A stretch of DNA of 64,000 nucleotides, taken from assembly GCA_020348985.1 (NCBI GenBank), contig CP070761.1:1764591-1828590 (forward strand). Reading direction: 5' to 3'. Shown here one piece after another: positions 1-9,770 of the stretch; the first letter of the stretch is position 1; each line of letters begins with the position of its first letter. Source of the DNA: Candidatus Thorarchaeota archaeon (lineage in GTDB: Archaea; Asgardarchaeota; Thorarchaeia; Thorarchaeales; Thorarchaeaceae). Made by a program: the position numbers and the translations under genes. Under the pieces are notes generated by a model, which did no database searches, was not told the origin of the DNA, and saw nothing but the letters and a program-made list of their open reading frames with translations.

Positions 1-2
1 TC

Positions 3-251
3 TACACATGTGGACCCGAGCCGATGATGAAGGATTTACATACGATTTCTTCACAGCATGGCATTTTCATGGAAGCCTCTCTTGAACGATTCATGAAATG
101 CGGCTGTGGAATCTGTGGAACATGTGCTCTCGATCCAACTGGAGACCTAGTGTGTGTGGAAGGCCCAGTTTTCACCAGCAAGATGCTAGATGCAATTGAG
201 GAATTCGGGCATTACCACCGCGATTCCACTGGAGCCAGAACTGAGTTCTAG
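3..251 (+). CDS. pyrK: Dihydroorotate dehydrogenase electron-transfer subunit, C-terminal part (truncated by window edge)
   Basis: Frame is open from position 3: YTCGPEPMM...MKCGCGICGTC...VCVEGPVF, the PyrK 2Fe-2S motif. Confidence 0.85.
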   Translation, partial: YTCGPEPMMKDLHTISSQHGIFMEASLERFMKCGCGICGTCALDPTGDLVCVEGPVFTSKMLDAIEEFGHYHRDSTGARTEF

Positions 252-290
252 GATCAAAGAAAGAGACGAAAGCAAACCGGTTTTGGATAG

Positions 291-452
291 CTACCTTCTA
301 ACACCAACAACCTGGCCCTTAATGAACCTCTTAACGTAGTTTCTTTTGTTGCGTATGCGTGGAATTGGAGTGTGTCTCTCACGGCCCTGAACCTTTGGAG
401 TCGACTCCCGAACCTTTCCAGCCTTTGTGAGCGAACCATGTGAACCAGGCAT
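291..452 (-). CDS. rps30e: 30S ribosomal protein S30e
   Basis: [15 protein letters not shown]...TPKV signature; start moved to ATG 452. Confidence 0.93.
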   Translation of the reverse strand: MPGSHGSLTKAGKVRESTPKVQGRERHTPIPRIRNKRNYVKRFIKGQVVGVRR

Positions 453-598
453 GTTTCTTCCCCGTTCGTTTCTATGCATCAAACCGAGATGTTCTCATAA
501 AAAGATATCCAATCGACACATGGTTAGATCCGGCCAGTTACATCGCCAGCATTCAGACCACATGGTTTTAACCAGATTGATGCTGCGTTGCAGCAAGA

Positions 599-2194
599 AT
601 GTCCGAGTCCGACTATGAATTCTACAGAGCGATTATCGATGCATTGCTTAGTTCGGAGAAGGTACTCACAAGACAAACAATCAACCAGATCAAGAATAAG
701 ATCTGCTCGAAATTCAAGAAACAGGAAGTTCCTACAAATGCCGATGTTCTCCTGGCTGCAGTCCCCGAGGAACTGGAAATCCTTCGGCCGCTGATGAGAA
801 AGAGACCTGTCAGAACTGTCTCTGGGGTTTCTGTAGTCGCGGTTATGACCGAACCTCATAAGTGCCCTCATGGTAAGTGTGCATACTGCCCAGGAGGTCC
901 TGATGCTGGAGTGCCACAGAGCTATACAGGTCATGAACCTGCTACGATGAGGGGTCTTCAACACGAATTCGACCCCTTTCGTCAAGTTCAGGGGAGACTT
1001 GACCAGCTCCAGACTATTGGACACAGTGTAGAGAAGACAGAACTAATTGTGATGGGCGGTGACTGGTGCTCCAAACCAGCTGAATACCGCGAATGGTTCG
1101 TGAAGTCGTGTTTCGATGCAATGAACGGCGTTCCTAGTCCTAATCTTGAAGCTACAAAGCAAGCTAACGAGACGGCGAGTGTCAGAAATATCGGCCTTAC
1201 TTTCGAGACACGTCCCGATTGGGTGAGCAAGGATACCGTCGACGAGATGCTTAGAATGGGAGCCACACGTGTAGAGCTTGGTGTCCAGTCTCTTTCCGAT
1301 AGAATACTTGCGAATGTCCAAAGAGGACATGGTGTTGAGGCAACAATCAAGGCCACAAAGACACTTCGTGACAGCGGTCTGAAGGTATGTTATCATATGA
1401 TGCCAGGTCTTCCAGGCAGCTCGGTTGAAAACGATCTCAGTGAATTCTCAAAGCTGTTTCAGGACCCTAGATTCAGACCGGATATGCTCAAGCTCTACCC
1501 AACAATCGTCGTGAAGAATACTGAACTCTACGACTGGTGGGTTTCCGGGAAGTACAAGCCGTATGAGACCGATGTAGTTGTGGACTTGGCGGCCAAAGCT
1601 ATCAGTAGGATGCCCGAATATGTGCGTATTCAGAGGATGCAGAGAGACATCCCCCTGCATCAGATTGAGGCAGGTCTGAACAAAGGTAATCTAAGAGAAC
1701 TCGTCCATCGAAGAATGCTTCAGATGGGTCTTAGAAACCCCACCATTAGATACCGAGAGGTGGGTCACTTCCAGATGAGATCCGAGGAAGAGATTGACCC
1801 TGACAAGATACAAGCTGTTCGACGCGAGTACGATGCGGGAGATGGGACAGAGGTATTCCTTTCTTTTGAAGAGCCCGACTTGGATGTCATTTTCGGATTT
1901 CTGCGATTGCGAATTCCTAGCGAAGGTGCTCATAGACCTGAAATCACTGACAGGCCATGCGCTCTTATCAGAGAGCTGAGGGTCTATGGACCGGTAGTGG
2001 AAATTGGCGATCGCGACCCTGAAGGATGGCAGCATCGTGGCATGGGTGAAGAGATGATTTCAATGGCCGAGGACACTGGGAGAGATGAATTTGGGGCCCA
2101 GATGCTGCTTGTGAACAGCGGTCTCGGAGTAAAGGGGTATTATCGATCACTTGGATTCCGTGATGCTGGTCCATACCTTGAGAAAGAGCTTTAG
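599..2194 (+). CDS. elp3: Elp3 tRNA U34 acetyltransferase (radical SAM + KAT)
   Basis: RTVSGV..VAVM, CPHGKCAYCPGG, QSYTGHEPA, ETRPD, RELRVYG, WQHRGMG motifs. Confidence 0.96.
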   Translation: MSESDYEFYRAIIDALLSSEKVLTRQTINQIKNKICSKFKKQEVPTNADVLLAAVPEELEILRPLMRKRPVRTVSGVSVVAVMTEPHKCPHGKCAYCPGGPDAGVPQSYTGHEPATMRGLQHEFDPFRQVQGRLDQLQTIGHSVEKTELIVMGGDWCSKPAEYREWFVKSCFDAMNGVPSPNLEATKQANETASVRNIGLTFETRPDWVSKDTVDEMLRMGATRVELGVQSLSDRILANVQRGHGVEATIKATKTLRDSGLKVCYHMMPGLPGSSVENDLSEFSKLFQDPRFRPDMLKLYPTIVVKNTELYDWWVSGKYKPYETDVVVDLAAKAISRMPEYVRIQRMQRDIPLHQIEAGLNKGNLRELVHRRMLQMGLRNPTIRYREVGHFQMRSEEEIDPDKIQAVRREYDAGDGTEVFLSFEEPDLDVIFGFLRLRIPSEGAHRPEITDRPCALIRELRVYGPVVEIGDRDPEGWQHRGMGEEMISMAEDTGRDEFGAQMLLVNSGLGVKGYYRSLGFRDAGPYLEKEL

Positions 2195-2979
2195 AACACG
2201 TGTTCCAAGAACTCATCCAACACTCGATTGAACTCTCCGGGGTTCTCCAAGTTTGACGCATGTCCTGCATCAGGGATTAGCACTTTCTTCGAGTCTTCAA
2301 TAAGTTCAAACATCTTCTCTGCGTGAGGAAAGGCTGCCTTTCGTTCATTTTCTCCCAAGACTACCAGTGTGGGCACTTTAATCGTGGCAAGGTCTAGAAG
2401 ATCAAAACCATAGATTGCATCAATCAACTTGAGAAACTCCCCTTGGTCCATACGAAGTTGTTCCTGAATCAGGTATTCTCGCACGTCTTCCTTCATGTCA
2501 AAGTACCCAAATGACCACTTCGCGTAGTCTTCGGGGCTTTTTCGGCGTACATACCACTTCACAAGATTCGATGGAAACATCCATTTCTGGAGCTTGTCTG
2601 ACCATGTCAGAGCCGACGCAACTGCCGTGTCAGCCAGTACAAGTCCAGCGAGATTCGATTGGTATTTCACGGCGTACTCTTGACATACCATTCCTCCGAG
2701 AGACAGGCCACCTATGACTGGATGTTCTACTTCAAGGGCAGTCAGCAGAGCATGTAGGTCATCTGCAAAAAGCGCGCAGCTGTACTTCCTATCAGACCCG
2801 GTCGATTTGCCATGTCCTCTAAGATCATACGTGATGACACTGTATCGATTTGAGAAGTGCTTGACCTGAGGATGCCAATTATCGTGAGATCCCGCAGCTC
2901 CGTGAACGAATACGAGTGTACTTCCTTCCCCGGCAATTTCATAATAGGTTTTTATGTCGCCTGTCGCGATTAGAGGCAT
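2191..2979 (-). CDS. Alpha/beta hydrolase
   Basis: HGAAG, DLRGHG, GLSLGG nucleophile elbow, AGH. Confidence 0.9.
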   Translation of the reverse strand: MPLIATGDIKTYYEIAGEGSTLVFVHGAAGSHDNWHPQVKHFSNRYSVITYDLRGHGKSTGSDRKYSCALFADDLHALLTALEVEHPVIGGLSLGGMVCQEYAVKYQSNLAGLVLADTAVASALTWSDKLQKWMFPSNLVKWYVRRKSPEDYAKWSFGYFDMKEDVREYLIQEQLRMDQGEFLKLIDAIYGFDLLDLATIKVPTLVVLGENERKAAFPHAEKMFELIEDSKKVLIPDAGHASNLENPGEFNRVLDEFLEHVF

Positions 2980-3027
2980 AGCTCAACTTGATGACTTCGA
3001 GGACAAAAAACCTCTGATAGAAAGAGG

Positions 3028-3046
3028 ATGGCGCCGAGGATGAGAT
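3028..3046 (-). repeat. Direct repeat of the tRNA-Ser 3' end (att-like)
   Basis: atggcgccgaggatgagat matches 3824-3842 (atggcgccgagggtgagat) at 18/19. Confidence 0.75.
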
Positions 3047-3176
3047 TGGGCTTACATTGAGGCTTCATCTCTCACAGGATGCTTTTGATTAAGTTCAACT
3101 AGCTCGAAATGCAACTGGTCAACCGTGTTTCTCAAGCACACTAGCGCTCCCAGAACCAGTGGACTGAGGATGTCAC

Positions 3177-3728
3177 TTATGATTTTGGATTCTCACTCTG
3201 CCTGGTCAAACTAGGGTCTTCCTGTTCACCTGGAACTGGGGAACGGTATCCAAGCTTCTTGAGAGTTTCATATAGGAATTTGCTGGAGTCAATTGATTCT
3301 GATGTTCTCCAGCGCCCTGCTATCTTTGTTTGAATAGGTTCGATTTTCTCCCACCATGCCATGGCAATTACTGCCATTGCTTCAGGAATTAGTTCCGCAT
3401 CAGTAATTTTGACTTCTAGTAGCTTTCCCATAGAGTCAAAAAAGGAGCTAACATGGACGAACTTTGCCCAATCTTTCCGACTGGCTGTTGGCCCATATTT
3501 TGCCATGAACTGTTCATAGTTGCCCCAGCTCCACTCACCAACAACTTCGAACAAGCTCTCAAGGAACTCCTGGTCGGCCTGTTTATGAAAATCCAGGAAT
3601 ATAGATGCTCGTCTTGACTTTGCTAGGTTTCTAATAGAAAGGACACTCATGATAACTCCTACCACGACGCTCATTGCTGCTACAATTACCGAAATAGTCT
3701 GTAAGTCTAACTCCTGCATGAATGCCAC
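3177..3728 (-). CDS. Membrane-anchored hypothetical protein (DUF4760-like)
   Basis: N-terminal TM helix, W...F..KYGP and FF..MG.L pattern. Confidence 0.65.
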   Translation of the reverse strand: MAFMQELDLQTISVIVAAMSVVVGVIMSVLSIRNLAKSRRASIFLDFHKQADQEFLESLFEVVGEWSWGNYEQFMAKYGPTASRKDWAKFVHVSSFFDSMGKLLEVKITDAELIPEAMAVIAMAWWEKIEPIQTKIAGRWRTSESIDSSKFLYETLKKLGYRSPVPGEQEDPSLTRQSENPKS

Positions 3729-3824
3729 CCGACATCTCTTGTGTAACCTGATGGGAAGAATCTCTCATATAAAAGACCTATCCGCATTTTCTGTGGCTGG
3801 GCATATCCTGGGGTAATGAGAAAA

Positions 3825-3974
3825 TGGCGCCGAGGGTGAGATGTGTTCAATCTCGTCGAATTGACGAAATTCTTGAACTCACGCGTCCATAGGACACTGG
3901 TTTGCTTGGTCATCAGCTTCGGAAGAAACTGGTATTCAAGACCAGCGCCTTAATCCGGGCTTGGCTACCTCGGC
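3825..3974 (-). tRNA. tRNA-Ser(UGA) with two introns: 37/38 (3903-3934, 32 nt) and T-loop 58/59 (3843-3872, 30 nt)
   Basis: Acceptor GCCGAGG/CCTCGGC-G-CCA; anticodon arm CTGGT-CT TGA A^A-ACCAG; long variable arm. T-loop intron has BHB geometry (GTTC/GAAC, bulges AAG and ACA) and splices to GTTCAAAT. Confidence 0.92.
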
Positions 3975-4072
3975 ATGATTCTCCCCACCTTTGGGGACAT
4001 TCAGCAGTGAATCTTTGGGAACTCCTTTTAAGCTTCGTGTAGCGAATAGCTGGGAGACGGAGAGCATCAAGC

Positions 4073-4504
4073 TTGGATCGAGGGTTCAGATTCCACGAAC
4101 ATACGGCGGATATCATTGTCGAATGTTGGGCACCTACACTATCAGTTGCATTCGAGGAGGCCGCCCTTGCGACTCTGGAGGTCATTCTTGATACCAAGAC
4201 CGTCGATCCACTTAATCCGGTCAGCATAGAAGTCAATGGTATTGACCGGAAGGAACTACTAGTCGAGTGGATAGGTAGGATAATTGCCCTAATTGACATC
4301 AATCAGCAATTTTTCTCGAAGTTTGAGATAGAGCGACTAGAGGAAGTTACAGGATCGTATGTCCTGAATGGCACAGCTTGGGGTGAATCGATAGATCTTG
4401 ATAAGCATGACACAAAAACAGAGGTCAAGGCTATGACCTATGCAGACCTACGAATAATTGATGAAGAAGGCAGGGTTACGGTCTGGTTCACTTTGGACCT
4501 CTAG
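4073..4504 (+). CDS. Archease (RtcB cofactor)
   Basis: EHTAD and EVKAMTY motifs, C-terminal DL. Confidence 0.93.
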   Translation: MDRGFRFHEHTADIIVECWAPTLSVAFEEAALATLEVILDTKTVDPLNPVSIEVNGIDRKELLVEWIGRIIALIDINQQFFSKFEIERLEEVTGSYVLNGTAWGESIDLDKHDTKTEVKAMTYADLRIIDEEGRVTVWFTLDL

Positions 4505-4518
4505 GATGTGTTGACGGA

Positions 4519-5376
4519 GTGAGCTTGAATGTTGCAATCCCGGATACTTCTCTTTCAGAGAGTGGTGATCTTCGTCAGAAGACAATCAAGGCTGGGAGAA
4601 TTGGCAGAGCTCTCGCGGTCTTTCGTGTAGAACATGCAGTTGTATATGACTCCGGTCTCTTGGACGATTCCATGTCTCAGGATGCGAATCTGCTGGTCAA
4701 GCTTCTCCGATATTTGGATACACCACAGTATCTACGCCGTCGAGCATTCTCACGTTCATCATCGCTGAAGTACGCCGGGCTACTCCCTCCTCTGAGAACA
4801 CAAAGCCATCCCCTAGCAGCACGAATTTCTGATCTCGCTGAAGGCGACATTAGATGGGGCATTCAGCTTCGACCGGGGAAGGTAGATCTGGGCCTGGACA
4901 AGCCGTTGAACTATGAGGGAAGAGTCAGCGAGAGGAATCCAACCCTCTTTGAAGTGACAAGCCCGCCTCCTAATGTTAAGCTCAATCAGATAGATCGAAG
5001 TGATGTTCCCCGATACTTTGGCTTTGAGGTGACGCGAGAAAGCAACTTGGTGAAGTGGCTAAAGGATATGGCAGGCACTACTAGAGTAGGCCTGTCCAGA
5101 AACGCTACAGAGTATGAGAAGCTCGAGAACGATCTCAAAACTACGGTTGAAGGAACCCTATCAGTTCTGGCAGTCTTTGGAGGTCCCGACCACGGTGTTC
5201 AGGAAGTAATCAAGTCAATGGGCGCATCGCCCTCCGAGTGCATCGACTTTTGGCTGAACGCTATACCGGGTCAGGGAACAGAGACTGTAAGGCTCGACGA
5301 GGCACTTCTAGTGAGTCTGGGCCTTCTCAATCATTCGCTAGGACGTTTCGTGGCAAAACCAGGGTTCTATGAATAG
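4519..5376 (+). CDS. SPOUT RNA methyltransferase (DUF171/MTH1-like)
   Basis: IGRALAVFRV, TPQYLRR, GLLPPL, FGGP, QGTETVRLDEA. Confidence 0.9.
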   Translation: MSLNVAIPDTSLSESGDLRQKTIKAGRIGRALAVFRVEHAVVYDSGLLDDSMSQDANLLVKLLRYLDTPQYLRRRAFSRSSSLKYAGLLPPLRTQSHPLAARISDLAEGDIRWGIQLRPGKVDLGLDKPLNYEGRVSERNPTLFEVTSPPPNVKLNQIDRSDVPRYFGFEVTRESNLVKWLKDMAGTTRVGLSRNATEYEKLENDLKTTVEGTLSVLAVFGGPDHGVQEVIKSMGASPSECIDFWLNAIPGQGTETVRLDEALLVSLGLLNHSLGRFVAKPGFYE

Positions 5377-5434
5377 TCTCAACGAAAGCAAGAAAAGCAC
5401 AGAGAGGTGCAGAATTCAGAAGAAGGATTCAGCT

Positions 5435-7801
5435 ATGCTCTCTGATAGAGTAGAACGCTTGAGGAAACAGAGCGTTCGTACAAGGCCCTATATCTCCACA
5501 GAGCGAGCACAGCTGCTAACCGATTTCTATCAAAGTGGTGCCAGTAGCGGCGTGTCGGTACCTATCGCACGGGCTCTTGCTTTCAAGCATATTCTGTCAA
5601 ACATGACTATTGGCATAAATGATGGAGAACTGATAGTTGGTGAACGTGGGCCGGTGCCCAGGGCCACACCAACATATCCGGAACTATGCTGTCATAGTCT
5701 CCAGGATTTCTCGATACTGAACTCAAGAGAGAGATCCAGATTCATTGTGAGTGAAGAATCACGCAGAATCTATGATGAAGAAATCATCCCATTCTGGAAT
5801 GGCAAGACTATGAGAGAGAAGGTCTTCGCGGCAATGTCAGAAGAGTGGATGAGGGCCTTCAATGCAGGAGTCTTCACAGAGTTCATGGAACAAAGAGCAC
5901 CAGGTCACGCAATTCTTGATGACAAAATCTACCACAAGGGATTGAACGATTTCAAGCATGAAATCGAGGCTCAGATTGGCACTCTAGATTCTGAGAATGA
6001 TCCTGATGCAGATGCAAAGGAACAGGAACTCCGGGCTATGGCGATAACAGCTGATGCGCTGATAGTGTTTGCACATCGACATGCAGATAGAGCAAAAGAA
6101 ATGGCGGCCAAGGAGTCGAATTCAGAAAGAAGAACCGAGCTTGAAAGGATTGCAGATATTTGCTCGCATGTTCCTGCTAATGCTCCAAGGAATTTCTGGG
6201 AAGCACTACAGATGTACTGGTTTATCCATCTGGGAGTTATCCTAGAATTGAATGTATGGGATTCCTTCAACCCGGGTAGACTAGATCAGAATCTCTATCC
6301 TTTCTACAAGAGAGATCTTGAGTCAGGGCAATTGGACGAAACGACGGCCAAAGAGCTGCTCCACTGCTTCTGGATCAAATTCAATAACCAACCTGCTCCA
6401 CCAAAAGTAGGTATCACAGAAGAACAGAGTGGAACCTATCAGGACTTTGCGTTGATCAATTCTGGAGGTCTGAAACAAGACGGGACAGATGGTGTTAACG
6501 AGCTCTCTTTCCTCATTCTGGACGTTCTGAAAGAGATGCATCTCATGATGCCCAGTGTGTGCATCCAGTTAAGTGAGAAGAATCCAGATGAGTTCCTGAA
6601 AAGAGCGATTGAAGTCATAAATGAAGGATTTGGACAGCCTTCTGTTTTCAGCACTGATACTATAATCAAGGAGTTTCTACGTGCTGGAAAGTCACTTGAA
6701 GACGCTAGGTCTGGTGGTCCTAGTGGCTGTGTGACAATCAGTGCATTTGGTAAGGAGAGCTGCATCCTTACGGGGTACTTCAACTGGCCGAAGATTCTTG
6801 AGATCACACTCAACAATGGTTTCGATCCGAACACCAAACAGCAGGTAGGACCACAGACCGGAGATCCATTGACATTCATATCGTACGAGGAGCTCTTCAA
6901 CGCATATACTGCTCAGCTGAGGTATTTCATTGATCTAAAGATTGAAGGTAACAACATCATCGAACGTCTTTATGCCGAGGAAATGCCTGCACCATTTCTT
7001 TCTATGCTCTTTGATGACTGTATATCAAAAGGGAAGGATTACCACGATGGTGGACCTAGATACAAAAGCACCTACATCCAAGGCGTAGGATTGGGCACTG
7101 TAACTGACTCTCTCTCCGCAATCAGATACCATGTCTTTGACAGGAAAGACATCAATATGAAAGACCTTCTGGAGGCCCTTTCCACTAATTTTGAAGGGGC
7201 AGAGAAGACTCGCCAAATACTCTTACAGCGAACTCCCAACTTCGGAAACGATGACGATTATGCCGACTCTATCGCCCAGGAGGTCTTCAATGTCTATTTC
7301 GAAGCGCTTGACGGCCGTCCTAACACAAAAGGCGGAGAGTATAGAGTCAACCTCCTTCCAACCACAGTACACATCTACTTTGGCCAAGTTACGGGCGCCA
7401 CTCCCAACGGAAGGGCAGCTTGTGCACCGCTGTCTGACGGGATCTCACCGAGTCCCGGTGCCGACAAGAATGGACCCACCGCCGTCATCAAATCCGTGGC
7501 AAAGATTGACCATGTCAAGACAGGCGGAACACTGCTGAATCAGAAGCTCTGGCCCCAGTTACTAGCCAGCAAAGAGGGCTTTGAGAAGCTGGCTCATTTG
7601 ATTAGGACCTACTTCCGGATGGAAGGGCATCACATACAATTCAATGTAGTCGACGCAGAAACCCTGAAACAGGCCCAACTGGATCCCGACTCACACAGAG
7701 ACCTCATTGTTCGTGTTGCAGGTTACAGCGACTACTTTGTGGACATAGGTAGAGACCTGCAGGACGAGATTATCGGTCGAACCGAACATAAACGATTCTA
7801 A
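5435..7801 (+). CDS. Glycyl-radical enzyme, trans-4-hydroxy-L-proline dehydratase (HypD)-like
   Basis: FTEFMEQRAPGH, SGTYQDF, SGCVT (CxE altered), LTGY, LPTT, RVAGYS glycyl loop; probable start ATG 5435. Confidence 0.85.
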   Translation: MLSDRVERLRKQSVRTRPYISTERAQLLTDFYQSGASSGVSVPIARALAFKHILSNMTIGINDGELIVGERGPVPRATPTYPELCCHSLQDFSILNSRERSRFIVSEESRRIYDEEIIPFWNGKTMREKVFAAMSEEWMRAFNAGVFTEFMEQRAPGHAILDDKIYHKGLNDFKHEIEAQIGTLDSENDPDADAKEQELRAMAITADALIVFAHRHADRAKEMAAKESNSERRTELERIADICSHVPANAPRNFWEALQMYWFIHLGVILELNVWDSFNPGRLDQNLYPFYKRDLESGQLDETTAKELLHCFWIKFNNQPAPPKVGITEEQSGTYQDFALINSGGLKQDGTDGVNELSFLILDVLKEMHLMMPSVCIQLSEKNPDEFLKRAIEVINEGFGQPSVFSTDTIIKEFLRAGKSLEDARSGGPSGCVTISAFGKESCILTGYFNWPKILEITLNNGFDPNTKQQVGPQTGDPLTFISYEELFNAYTAQLRYFIDLKIEGNNIIERLYAEEMPAPFLSMLFDDCISKGKDYHDGGPRYKSTYIQGVGLGTVTDSLSAIRYHVFDRKDINMKDLLEALSTNFEGAEKTRQILLQRTPNFGNDDDYADSIAQEVFNVYFEALDGRPNTKGGEYRVNLLPTTVHIYFGQVTGATPNGRAACAPLSDGISPSPGADKNGPTAVIKSVAKIDHVKTGGTLLNQKLWPQLLASKEGFEKLAHLIRTYFRMEGHHIQFNVVDAETLKQAQLDPDSHRDLIVRVAGYSDYFVDIGRDLQDEIIGRTEHKRF

Positions 7802-7949
7802 TCAATCGAGGGCCTAATTGGTCAGTGGGGAAGTTTTAAAAACGGAACCTCCTCTTGCGCGCGCTGTAGAACGAATAGCCCAGTCTGAAGACTATTCGAT
7901 ATATTGACTATGAACGGAACTGGGCTGCAAAACTACGGGTGAATTTGTA

Positions 7950-8957
7950 ATGGCGCATAGAAAGAAGCAGGCACCAAGACGCGGCAGTCTTGCATATCTG
8001 CCACGAGGTAGGGCTTCTCGGTTTATTCCCCGGATAAAGAATTGGCCTGAGTGGATCGAATCATCTGCAAAGCTACTTGGCTTCATAGGATTCAAGGCTG
8101 GCATGTCACACGCTGTGATGACTGTTCAACACCCCAACAGTCCGTTCAAAGGACAGGAAAGAGTCATCCCTGTGACAATACTGGATACTCCACCAATTCG
8201 GCCCTTTAGCATTCGAGGATTGAAGGCAACACCCTACGGCCACAAGCAGGTCACTGAGGTGTTGACAGAGAATCTATCTGACGATCTAAGAAAGACGATG
8301 CCTTTGCCAAAGGAATATGATCACGACGCCAAGATGGCTGAGTTCGAATCCCATCTAGACTCACTTTCTGAGATTCGAATGTTGATTCATACACAACCTA
8401 GACTTGCGGGAGTTGCAAAGAAGAAGCCCGACATCTGTGAGTACAAGATTGGTGCCCCGAGCGTTCAGGAGGCCTTCGATTACGCCAAGGAAATACTCGG
8501 TACAGATGTCAGAATAGCTGACGTCCTGAACGAAGGAGTCCTAGTAGACTCGATAGCAGTCACAAAGGGCCACGGATTTCAAGGTCCAGTGCGTCGATGG
8601 GGCGTTAGAATCCTCCAGCACAAATCAAGAAAGACCAAACGTGGCGTTGGCTGTATCGGGCCATGGTCCCCTACGAACATCCGGTACAGTGTACCGAGAC
8701 CTGGCCAGACAGGCTTCCACACACGCACCAGCTTCAACAATGAAGTATTGAGAATGGGTGAGCGTGGCGAGGAAATCACGCCTCCTGGTGGGTTTGTGAA
8801 CTACGGTGTGATCCGAGGAGACTATGCCATATTGTGGGGATCCATTCCTGGTACTGTCAAACGGCCTGTAAGATTGAGGTTTGCCATCCGCCCCTCGAAG
8901 TCGCATCTGGGTCAAGTGACCCAGGTTAGCTACGTTAGTACGACATCGAAGCAATAG
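7950..8957 (+). CDS. rpl3: 50S ribosomal protein L3
   Basis: PRRGSL..PR.RA, GFKAGMSH, TKGHGFQGPVRRWG. Confidence 0.98.
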   Translation: MAHRKKQAPRRGSLAYLPRGRASRFIPRIKNWPEWIESSAKLLGFIGFKAGMSHAVMTVQHPNSPFKGQERVIPVTILDTPPIRPFSIRGLKATPYGHKQVTEVLTENLSDDLRKTMPLPKEYDHDAKMAEFESHLDSLSEIRMLIHTQPRLAGVAKKKPDICEYKIGAPSVQEAFDYAKEILGTDVRIADVLNEGVLVDSIAVTKGHGFQGPVRRWGVRILQHKSRKTKRGVGCIGPWSPTNIRYSVPRPGQTGFHTRTSFNNEVLRMGERGEEITPPGGFVNYGVIRGDYAILWGSIPGTVKRPVRLRFAIRPSKSHLGQVTQVSYVSTTSKQ

Positions 8958-8971
8958 GAGGAGAAATGTAA

Positions 8972-9760
8972 ATGTCAAGCGTCAAGACATATTCGTTGAA
9001 AGGCAAAGCAGGACCTCAGGTAACGCTACCGGAGCACTTCGGCACACCTTATCGCCCCGATTTGATAAAGAGGGCAGTCCTGGCCGTACAGTCACGCAGA
9101 CGTCGGCCACACGGAGTTGATGAGCTGGCTGGCAAACGCACGACAGCTCAAAGCTGGCAGACTGGCCATGGAAGATCTCGTATTCCGCGTGTGAAGGGTA
9201 GAGGAACACCAGCCGCCAATTTGGGGGCATTTGCTCCTGGAACTGTTGGAGGCCGAGTTGCTCATCCTCCGGAAGCACGTAAGGTGATTGTTGAAAGGGT
9301 CAACAAGAGAGAGAATCGTCTAGCTATCCGTTCGGCAATTGCGGCCACAGCCAACAAGGAGGTTGTGGAATCCAGAGGGCACAAGATAGAATCAGTACCT
9401 GCAATTCCTCTTGTGGTTGCCGACACGCTAGAAAGCCTGACCACTACCAAAGAAGTCAGAGCAGTCGTCTCGGCATTGGGACTTGAGGAGGACCTATTGA
9501 GAGCGACTAATGGCCGCAAGGTTCGGGCCGGAAAAGGGAAAATGCGTGGTCGAAAGATGAAGACACCCAAGTCGTTCCTGATTGTTGTTGGACAAGACCT
9601 CGGAATTGGTTTGGCAGCACGCAATTTGCCAGGCGTCGATATAGCTGAAGTACACGGACTTAATGCAGAGTTATTGGCTCCAGGAACACATCCTGGACGT
9701 TTAGTACTCTGGACCAAGTCTGCCATAGAGCGGCTTGGGGGAGAAGGACTTTTCATGTGA
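8972..9760 (+). CDS. rpl4: 50S ribosomal protein L4
   Basis: RPDLIKRAV, GGRVAHPP, RAGKGKMRGR, LAPGTHPGRL. Confidence 0.98.
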   Translation: MSSVKTYSLKGKAGPQVTLPEHFGTPYRPDLIKRAVLAVQSRRRRPHGVDELAGKRTTAQSWQTGHGRSRIPRVKGRGTPAANLGAFAPGTVGGRVAHPPEARKVIVERVNKRENRLAIRSAIAATANKEVVESRGHKIESVPAIPLVVADTLESLTTTKEVRAVVSALGLEEDLLRATNGRKVRAGKGKMRGRKMKTPKSFLIVVGQDLGIGLAARNLPGVDIAEVHGLNAELLAPGTHPGRLVLWTKSAIERLGGEGLFM

Positions 9761-9770
9761 GGCGCTTATT

